DNA of 64,000 bases from Candidatus Hydrogenedentota bacterium (GTDB taxonomy: Bacteria > Hydrogenedentota > Hydrogenedentia > Hydrogenedentales > JAEUWI01). The notes beneath the pieces were generated by a model that was given only the letters and a program-made list of their open reading frames with translations, searched no databases and was not told where the DNA came from. Positions 28,394 to 35,745 of this stretch are shown here, one piece after another. Made by a program: the position numbers and the translations under genes. Numbering within the stretch: the stretch's first letter is position 1; each line of letters opens with the position of its first letter. The DNA is taken from positions 1 to 64,000 of the forward strand of contig JAXMOL010000044.1 of the NCBI GenBank assembly GCA_034669905.1, given 5' to 3'.

Positions 28394-30199
28394 TTGTCTA
28401 CCATTACGCAAGAAATCGAGCGTGCGGATGGCGCTGCGGCGCCATCCGCTCCCGCTGATGCGGGAGAAAAGCGGTTGACCCGTTGGGCGAAGCCCTTCGG
28501 CAAAATGACCGAGTTAGATATTCTCGACGTACTGCAGATGGATCCCTTCCGGTCCATTTGCGATACCCTTGAGGCCGCCAAGAAACCCCAGTTCGTTTCC
28601 TTCGGCGTACCGGTTTCCATCTACGGCATCCTCCAGAACGATACGCGGATCCGGACGTACAAGCCCGGCGAATTCGTAATTCGAAAGGATGACTACGGGA
28701 ACTCGGCATTTTTCCTGTTGGAAGGCGAACTGCGGGCTGTCATCCACCCGGAATTACCCTCTCGCGTACTGGGTCACCGTGAGCGAAAAAGCATTGGCTT
28801 CGTCGGGGCCTTTCTATCGCGCATACGCGACATGATTTTTCCGCCCGCCCGAGAATACCGCGCGGCGGGTACCAAAGCCCGAAAGGCCGAAGAGCCGGGC
28901 CTGGGCGTCAGCGCCGAGCAGTTGGCCGCGATTCTGGATCCCCAACAGTATCAGACGGCGCCCCTGCGTGTCGGTGCTTTCTTTGGGGAAATTGGCGCCA
29001 TTTATCGTATGCCGCGGGAAGTGTCCATCGTGGCGTCAGAGCCGGCGCGGGTACTGGAAATCCGGTGGCAGGGTCTCCGCGATCTCATGGAGGCCGATGA
29101 GGGCATTGAGCATCATATCGACAATATGTATCGGGAGCGCTCCCTGAAAGGGACCCTTGAGTCCATTTCCGTGTTCAAATCCCTTCCGGAAGAAGTGCTT
29201 TCCCAGGTAAAATTCAATACGTACGGGAAGTATGACGAATGGTCTTCTGAGTACATCGGAATGTCTCAGGCGGAGAAGACCAACGTTATCGATCAGGAAG
29301 AAATGATCGCCCAGGAAGGGGACTATCCCAACGGGATTCAAGTGGTTCGCGCGGGATTTGCCCGGGAGAGTAAGCGCTATGGCCACGGGCACCAGACGCT
29401 GAACTATCTTGGTGGTGGCCAGATATTCGGGCTGAAAGAAGCCCTCTACAATTGGCAGCATCCCAACAACCCCATACCTTTTCAGCACAGCCTCCGGGCC
29501 ATCGGCTATGCCCATATCCTGACGATTCCCACCCATCTGGTGGAGAAGTACGTACTGCCGACCCTGCTGAAAGAGCAGCCCAACTTCCCCCGATATCGGA
29601 GTAAAGACATCCGGGCGGGCAAGACCGATACGTCCAATACCCTTCGTGACGATATAGGGGCCGATCTGTTCGAGTTCTTCGCGGAGAATCGTCTGCTGAA
29701 CGGCACGAAGACCATGTTGATCAATATGGACCGCTGTACCCGATGTGACGATTGCGTCCGGGGTTGCGCGTCTGCTCACGACGGGAATCCCCGCTTCGTC
29801 CGACACGGACCCGTCCACGACAATATCATGGTGGCCAATGCCTGCATGCACTGTGTGGATCCGGTGTGTATGATCGGGTGCCCCACGGGCGCGATTTCCC
29901 GGGAGAGCCTTGAAGGGCAGGTCGTCATCAACGAGGACGCCTGTATTGGTTGCGCGACCTGTTACAGCAACTGCCCGTATGATTCGATTCGGATGATTAC
30001 GGTACGAAATAATCGCGGGGCCTTTCGGATCGCCACGACGGGCGACTCGGCTGGAGCTCCGATCTATAAGGCAACGAAATGTGATCTGTGTGTGGATCAG
30101 AAGGGTGGCCCCTCGTGCGTTCGGGCCTGCCCCCATGACGCGCTGCAGCGGGTAAACATGCAGGATGTAGACGCACTGGCCAGGTTTATAAAACGGTGA
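28394..30199 (+). CDS. Cyclic-nucleotide-binding domains fused to a 4x[4Fe-4S] (DmsB/NrfC-type) domain
   Basis: CNB1: VIRKDDYGNSAFFLLEG...FFGEIGAIYRMPREVSIVA; CNB2: IAQEGDYPNGIQVVRAG...QIFGL; CTRCDDCVRGC, CMHCVDPVCMIGC, CIGCATCYSNC, CDLC...CVRAC. Confidence 0.9.
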   Translation: MSTITQEIERADGAAAPSAPADAGEKRLTRWAKPFGKMTELDILDVLQMDPFRSICDTLEAAKKPQFVSFGVPVSIYGILQNDTRIRTYKPGEFVIRKDDYGNSAFFLLEGELRAVIHPELPSRVLGHRERKSIGFVGAFLSRIRDMIFPPAREYRAAGTKARKAEEPGLGVSAEQLAAILDPQQYQTAPLRVGAFFGEIGAIYRMPREVSIVASEPARVLEIRWQGLRDLMEADEGIEHHIDNMYRERSLKGTLESISVFKSLPEEVLSQVKFNTYGKYDEWSSEYIGMSQAEKTNVIDQEEMIAQEGDYPNGIQVVRAGFARESKRYGHGHQTLNYLGGGQIFGLKEALYNWQHPNNPIPFQHSLRAIGYAHILTIPTHLVEKYVLPTLLKEQPNFPRYRSKDIRAGKTDTSNTLRDDIGADLFEFFAENRLLNGTKTMLINMDRCTRCDDCVRGCASAHDGNPRFVRHGPVHDNIMVANACMHCVDPVCMIGCPTGAISRESLEGQVVINEDACIGCATCYSNCPYDSIRMITVRNNRGAFRIATTGDSAGAPIYKATKCDLCVDQKGGPSCVRACPHDALQRVNMQDVDALARFIKR

Positions 30200-31020
30200 A
30201 ATATTATACCCGCAGACGACTTAAAGCACTGGTGATACTTGGTGTCATCACGGTGGCCTTTCTGGTGTTCTTTGATGGGTTTCGCGTGACCTTGCGCAAC
30301 CCCCATGTGCTCTCAGGATGGTTTTTTCTGGCCGTCATGACCTTTCTCGCGCTGTTTAACGTGAGAAAGAAGTTTCCCGTTCCGCCCCTGGGACCTTCTC
30401 GGCTCTGGTTGCAGCTGCATATTTACGGTGGCGCCTTTACCCTGGTGCCCTACTTTTTTCATGCGGGCTTTGAAGTGCCCACGGGCGTGCTTGAAAAGTC
30501 GCTGGCGCTCCTCTATTTTGGTGTGATGCTCAGTGGGGTTGTGGGCCTGATTATGACCCGTGTTTTTCCACGGCGCCTGACGGCAAATGGGGGAGAGGCG
30601 GTCTTTGAGCGGCTCCCGGAACATCGACGCCGAATCAAAGAGGAAGTGGATCGGCTGGCCGAAACGTCCATCGTCGATACCCAGTCCACCACGATTTCCA
30701 AGTTTTACACGAAGCGGCTGCGCAGTTACTTTGATGGGCCACGCCATATGTTTAACCATATTTTCGAGGTGGCCCCCCCCTTAAATCGCATGATCGGGGA
30801 GATAGAGGATCAGTACCGCTATCTCAATGAAGACGAGCAGAAAATCCTCGCGAAGATTGCGGACTATGTGCGGCAGAAAAACCGGCTGGATTACCAGTAT
30901 GCCCTCCAGTTTGCCTTGAAGACCTGGCTTTTTCTGCACATTCCCCTGACGAGCGGCCTGTTTATTCTTATTATTGTTCATGTTTGGTTGACCCATGCAT
31001 TTTCCGGAAGAGCGCTCTAA
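30196..31020 (+). CDS. Five-TM membrane protein, putative di-heme b cytochrome (ferric reductase/NOX-like)
   Basis: His75/His89 in TM3 and His248/His262 in TM5 (both H-x13-H); GTGA and TAATG overlaps with neighbours. Confidence 0.75.
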   Translation: MKYYTRRRLKALVILGVITVAFLVFFDGFRVTLRNPHVLSGWFFLAVMTFLALFNVRKKFPVPPLGPSRLWLQLHIYGGAFTLVPYFFHAGFEVPTGVLEKSLALLYFGVMLSGVVGLIMTRVFPRRLTANGGEAVFERLPEHRRRIKEEVDRLAETSIVDTQSTTISKFYTKRLRSYFDGPRHMFNHIFEVAPPLNRMIGEIEDQYRYLNEDEQKILAKIADYVRQKNRLDYQYALQFALKTWLFLHIPLTSGLFILIIVHVWLTHAFSGRAL

Positions 31021-33899
31021 TGGCTGATTCACACGACAAGGAAATCTATAAGCGCCCCTACAATCGCCCCAACGAGCACTGGGTGTGTGGCCGTTCAGCA
31101 GAAGGACGCCCCTGTCCCCACGGCCCATCACGTCGGGGCCGTTGTGAGGCCCGTTCCGAGTGTGTACCAGCCAAAATTGGCGACCGTTGGGTCTGCACCC
31201 GCCCCGAGCAATACGGAGGCGCGTGCGACAGTCCGGCCCTTGAAGATCCGGCCTTTGGGCCGATGGAGCGAGATGGAGTCGGGGTTTGCTGCAAGCAGGT
31301 CCATTGCACGCCCCAACGGAGCCTGCGTGCCCTTCGTGGCCGTATTAGCGTTGTGCTCTGTCTTGTCATCGTCGGGGTGTTGTTGACGGCGCTCGGCAGC
31401 GGCTGGCGGAATCAATTGCTCTCCCCCGGACCACTCACCTTGAATCACCAGGGTGCTTCCATGGCATCCGTGGAAAAAATGGAGCACGGAAAACTCGGGG
31501 CGGAAGGCAGCAGCGAAGAAAGTTGTCAGATCTGCCACGCGAATTTCGAGGGGGGCCTTGAGGGGCTTCTGCTGTCGGCGATCACTAAGAAGGAAACAGA
31601 ACCGCAGAGCGTCCAATGTATGGCTTGCCATCAGGAGGATGTGGGTGCGGATGCCTTGTTCGCCCACGCGCTTTCTCCCGATGCCCTGGCACTTCACACT
31701 GCGGAAGCGAAACAGGAACCCTTCGACGGGGCGAAGCCCTTGTCCTTGGCCCTGGCCGCCTTTTCACCAGGTGTGAAGCTGGGGGAATCGGGTGAGTTGG
31801 CCTGTGCGGCCTGTCACCGCGAGCACAATGGTACCTTTTTCGACCTGCGGCGTATCGACAATCAGAAGTGTCAGACCTGTCACGTCAAACAATTCAAGAG
31901 TATCGGAGACGGGCACCCGGATTTTTCGACATTGGCTTCCACGGCGGGTTATGACTATCCCTACCGCCGTCGGACCCGGCTCATCTACGACCATGAGCGG
32001 CATGAAACCAATTACTTTCAGAAGGAAGAAAACCGGAATCATGCACCCGCCGATTGCACTTCGTGCCACGAGATTGATGGTGATGCCTTTACCACGCGCC
32101 TGAAACCATTTGAGGAAATGTGCGCGGCGTGCCACAACAGCAACATCGTGTCGGCACGCGACGAATGGATTCATGTCTACGGGTTTCCGTCCCTCGAGTC
32201 GGATGTGTATGAAATCCTGGAAGACGAGCTTGAATTACCGCCAGTGCCCCGCACGGCGGGCAAGTCCATGTCTCCATTCATGATGCTGTTGCTCGCCGGC
32301 TTTAATGCGCAGGATGGGGAGAGTGCCGCGACTTTTGCCGAAGACCTGGCCATGGTCCTCGAGTTCGAAGGCGACCTCTCCGGTATCGCCTACGACGAAG
32401 ACCCCGAGATTGTGGGGCGCCTTTTTAAGGGCATGGAGTATATTAAAGGTGCCGCGTCCAATGAAGCGCAGGGCGGCCTCCGACGGATCGTCGAGGAACA
32501 ATTGGAACGGCTTACGGGCGAGGTGGTTGATCCCCGGGTGCTGGATTCCATGTTCGGATTCCCGAAAGAGGGGAGCACGGTGGACAAGGTCATCGAGGAT
32601 GTTTCCCGAAAAGATATCATCGAGATGTCGGGGTGGCATGTGGAGGAAAGTGGCTTTCGTCTCGACCCCGCCAGTTGGAAGGCGACCTTGGAAAGTGTCG
32701 AAAGTTATGTGGCGTTGAAGGAGGCGATCGCGGACGGCGAAGCAGGTTCCTATGCCACCATTTTCGAATTCTTTTCCGACTTCAATGCATTCCAAGAATG
32801 GTTTGCCGGTCATTTTACCATTGACGGCGAAGACTGGGTGCTGCTGGAGACGGGTAAGAAAGCGAAGAACAAGGAGTGGAAGGCCCTCATCCTCGCCATG
32901 GTTGATAGCGAGGCACCCGCGGAAGAAACGCCGTCGGAAGATGAGCCGACGGAAAGCGACGACGCAGCCGAGGAGACGGACTCGTCTGAGGGCGCCGATT
33001 CCGAGGAGAGCACCGAAACGGCCGCAACTCCGAGCGACGCTGGAAGCGAGGCGGGCGAAGCGTTTGTGGCCTGGCTGGGTAGTCAGTCGAAAGTTAAGAA
33101 ATGGCTGGATGACGTTGCCGATATCTCTGGGGAACGGTGGACCTTGCGTGCGCCCCGATCGCTATACTATCGGCCTATTCAACACGCAGACCCCTTCACC
33201 ACGGCCTGGCTTGATTTTACGGCAACGCTCTATGCGAAGAGCCCTGCCGCGGCGTTGGTCTTTGACGAGCTGAGCGGACGGGCGACCGGTTCGGCCATCG
33301 GTTCCTGCATGAAGTGTCACAGTATCGATGCGGAGAAGCAGGGGACCAATGATGTGCGCGTCAAGGTGAACTGGAAGAGCGGTTCATCGGAGCGGGGCTT
33401 TACCAAGTTCAAGCACACCCCACACCTGAAGCTGATGAACTGTGCCGAATGCCATCGGGCGGATTGGGTGCCGGCTGTCCGGGATCAGATAAATCTGGCC
33501 AAAGCGGCTTCCGCCGAAGAAGAAACGTCGGTCGAAGACGGGGCCGAGCCAGTGGATGGCGAGGCGGCAGCGGCAGACGCCGCGCCAGAGGAAGGGGCGA
33601 GCGAAGTGGCCCCGGAACCGGCGATGAGTTACCTCGATAGTTTCAAGGCGAATGATTCGGGTCTGGAATTGGGCGTCAATTTCTCGAACGCCCAGGGTTC
33701 CAATGCGTTCGTGAGTAGTTTTCGCCCGATTTCAAAGGATGATTGTGCCCGTTGCCATGAGAAAAGTAAGGCCGGTGACAGCTGCCTCATTTGCCACAAT
33801 TATCATATTCAGGAGCGGGGACGGTCCATGGGTGTACAGTCCTTGCGCGACCTGATTACCATGAAAACGGACGCTTCGGACCCGTCGGAGACGCCGTAA
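31020..33899 (+). CDS. Membrane-anchored decaheme c-type cytochrome with Cys-rich N-terminal domain
   Basis: TAATG coupling at 31020; one TM; CQICH, CMACH, CAACH, CQTCH, CTSCH, CAACH, CMKCH, CAECH, CARCH, CLICH. Confidence 0.9.
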   Translation: MADSHDKEIYKRPYNRPNEHWVCGRSAEGRPCPHGPSRRGRCEARSECVPAKIGDRWVCTRPEQYGGACDSPALEDPAFGPMERDGVGVCCKQVHCTPQRSLRALRGRISVVLCLVIVGVLLTALGSGWRNQLLSPGPLTLNHQGASMASVEKMEHGKLGAEGSSEESCQICHANFEGGLEGLLLSAITKKETEPQSVQCMACHQEDVGADALFAHALSPDALALHTAEAKQEPFDGAKPLSLALAAFSPGVKLGESGELACAACHREHNGTFFDLRRIDNQKCQTCHVKQFKSIGDGHPDFSTLASTAGYDYPYRRRTRLIYDHERHETNYFQKEENRNHAPADCTSCHEIDGDAFTTRLKPFEEMCAACHNSNIVSARDEWIHVYGFPSLESDVYEILEDELELPPVPRTAGKSMSPFMMLLLAGFNAQDGESAATFAEDLAMVLEFEGDLSGIAYDEDPEIVGRLFKGMEYIKGAASNEAQGGLRRIVEEQLERLTGEVVDPRVLDSMFGFPKEGSTVDKVIEDVSRKDIIEMSGWHVEESGFRLDPASWKATLESVESYVALKEAIADGEAGSYATIFEFFSDFNAFQEWFAGHFTIDGEDWVLLETGKKAKNKEWKALILAMVDSEAPAEETPSEDEPTESDDAAEETDSSEGADSEESTETAATPSDAGSEAGEAFVAWLGSQSKVKKWLDDVADISGERWTLRAPRSLYYRPIQHADPFTTAWLDFTATLYAKSPAAALVFDELSGRATGSAIGSCMKCHSIDAEKQGTNDVRVKVNWKSGSSERGFTKFKHTPHLKLMNCAECHRADWVPAVRDQINLAKAASAEEETSVEDGAEPVDGEAAAADAAPEEGASEVAPEPAMSYLDSFKANDSGLELGVNFSNAQGSNAFVSSFRPISKDDCARCHEKSKAGDSCLICHNYHIQERGRSMGVQSLRDLITMKTDASDPSETP

Positions 33900-33999
33900 T
33901 AGTGCGATAATGTGGGGGTGTGGGGGCACCTGAGAGACGTGGTACGCCGACCTTTTTCGGGGCGGCCAGAACCCGGTCAAAAGTTTTTTCAGAAAAGGC

Positions 34000-34028
34000 T
34001 TGATTTCTCCCTCATTCCGGTATAAAAT
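34000..34028 (+). promoter_or_regulatory. Sigma70 promoter of the speD operon
   Basis: TTGATT-N17-TAAAAT. Confidence 0.65.
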
Positions 34029-34037
34029 CTGGCACCA

Positions 34038-34112
34038 ATGTAAATGGTTTGGTTGCCGACCCCAAGCCTCCCTTAAGCAAGGAGAACTAGCGTAAGGCGG
34101 TTTTTCGTTTTT
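34038..34112 (+). promoter_or_regulatory. Candidate cis-regulatory leader (uORF plus stem-loop plus U tracts) of speD
   Basis: uORF MVWLPTPSLP at 34044-34076; CCTT/AAGG and GCCT/AGGC pairings; followed by TTTTTCGTTTTTCG. Confidence 0.45.
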
Positions 34113-34146
34113 CGTTCGCTTCGCATACTAGAGGAGGTTTTATGAA

Positions 34147-34548
34147 TTGCACAGAGGCAAACATTTACTAATCGACTGTCACAATGTGTCCCGTGAAGTG
34201 TGTCTGGATGACAAGCTGGTACTTCGGGCGATGGCCCGTGGTGCCGAGCGTGCCGGCGCGACCGTGATTTCGCAAGTTCGTTATCACTTTGGACACAACT
34301 CCCCCCCCGGATTCACCGCCGTAGTTCTGTTGGATGAGAGCCACTGCTCTGCCCACACCTATGCGGACGACGGCCTGATCGCCATGGACGTGTTCACGTG
34401 TGGCTCCACCGATCCCCTCAGGGTCTTGGAGTGTATTCGTGAAGAAGTGGACCTTGGTGATGTCATCATTCGCACGATGCCCCGCTTTGCCGAAGAGGAA
34501 AACGGTTTCCTCCAGGCACCGATGGGCATTGAATGCGCCGCAGTCTAA
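34147..34548 (+). CDS. speD: Pyruvoyl-dependent S-adenosylmethionine decarboxylase family proenzyme
   Basis: GKHLLID, VVLLDESHCSAHTY (E-S self-cleavage site), DVFTCG; TTG start 9 nt after GAGGAGG. Confidence 0.88.
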   Translation: MHRGKHLLIDCHNVSREVCLDDKLVLRAMARGAERAGATVISQVRYHFGHNSPPGFTAVVLLDESHCSAHTYADDGLIAMDVFTCGSTDPLRVLECIREEVDLGDVIIRTMPRFAEEENGFLQAPMGIECAAV

Positions 34549-34569
34549 ACGGCGGGAGTTACGAATCCA

Positions 34570-35655
34570 TTGTCTGAACGCACGATGCACGACGGGCGGG
34601 CCGACGGCCTGACTCCGTTGCAAAGTCTGAAGCTCTCTGAGCTCAATTCATTTTCTGAGATGGTTCGCGCCATGGGCCGCACGGCCTTTGGCGGGCGCCA
34701 GCTCGGGAACGCGCTGGATGTTGCGCTGGCCATGGCGATAGACGAGTCTTGCACGACCGTGCTGACCTTGTCGGGTGCTATGACCGTGGCGAAGCAGGGT
34801 CAGATCATTTGCGATATGATTGATTCGGGCCTGGTGGACGCGGTGGTTGCAACGGGTGCCCTGGTGGCACACGGTGTGACAGAGAGCATCGGGCTGACCC
34901 ACTACGCGGTGGATCCCCAGTCGGATGATGCCGCGCTCTTTGCCAAGGGCTACAATCGTATCTACGATACCCTGGAAATGGAATCCAACCTCAATGACGT
35001 GGCCGAGTTGGTCGCCGATGTGTTGGCCCATACCGAGCCCGATGACGGCGTGTGGTGTTCCTCTCGTTTTTGTCGTGCCGTGGGCGAGCGGTTGGACGAA
35101 TTGGATCAGGGGCCCGGAATTCTGCGGAGTGCCTGGCGCAAGCGGGTACCGGTGTTTATTCCCGCCTTTACGGACAGTGAGATGGGCCTGGATTTTTCCA
35201 CCCACGTCATGGCCCAGTCGGTGGCGAAATTGCAGAAAGAACTCGGGCGCGATCTAACGCCCGACGAAGTCTTTCAGGCGGTTCCGGCATTTAATCCTTT
35301 CCTCGATATGCAGGAATATGCCCGTCTGATCGGTAAGACCGAGCGGATGGGAATTATTACGGTCGGTGGTGGTGTGCCCCGTAACTGGGCGCAGCAAGTG
35401 GGCCCCTATTACGACATCACCTCGGCGCGGCTCGATATTCCGCTTCCCGCGCCCCGCTTTCAGTATGGCGTGCGCATTTGTCCGGAGCCGGTCCACTGGG
35501 GCGGGCTTTCGGGGTGCACCTATTCCGAGGGTGTCAGCTGGGGCAAGTTTGTACCTCCGGCGGAAGGCGGCAAGTATGCGGAAGTATACGCCGACGCCAC
35601 CGTGGTGTTGCCGCTGTTGATGAAGGCCGTTTTTGAAGAGATGGGCCACGTCTGA
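34570..35655 (+). CDS. Deoxyhypusine synthase-like protein (possible homospermidine synthase)
   Basis: TAFGGRQLG, YNRIYD, PAFTDSE, GGGVPRNW, GGLSGCTYSEGVSWGK, ADAT. Confidence 0.9.
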   Translation: MSERTMHDGRADGLTPLQSLKLSELNSFSEMVRAMGRTAFGGRQLGNALDVALAMAIDESCTTVLTLSGAMTVAKQGQIICDMIDSGLVDAVVATGALVAHGVTESIGLTHYAVDPQSDDAALFAKGYNRIYDTLEMESNLNDVAELVADVLAHTEPDDGVWCSSRFCRAVGERLDELDQGPGILRSAWRKRVPVFIPAFTDSEMGLDFSTHVMAQSVAKLQKELGRDLTPDEVFQAVPAFNPFLDMQEYARLIGKTERMGIITVGGGVPRNWAQQVGPYYDITSARLDIPLPAPRFQYGVRICPEPVHWGGLSGCTYSEGVSWGKFVPPAEGGKYAEVYADATVVLPLLMKAVFEEMGHV

Positions 35656-35692
35656 GCGGGACGTCCCGGGTTTCTGAAATCGAATAATCTGT

Positions 35693-35737
35693 GCGCGGTG
35701 GGCTTTGGCAATTGCTGAAGTCCACCGCGCTTTTTTT
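35693..35737 (+). terminator. Intrinsic terminator
   Basis: GCGCGGTGGGCTT / AAGTCCACCGCGC stem then T7. Confidence 0.85.
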
Positions 35738-35745
35738 CGTGCCCG

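Noticed and set aside
22049..33899. Assigning mtrA/mtrB, nrfA, hao or cymA symbols to the cytochrome operon
   Set aside because: Heme counts, spacing and domain layout do not match; no CxxCK motif and no octaheme protein.
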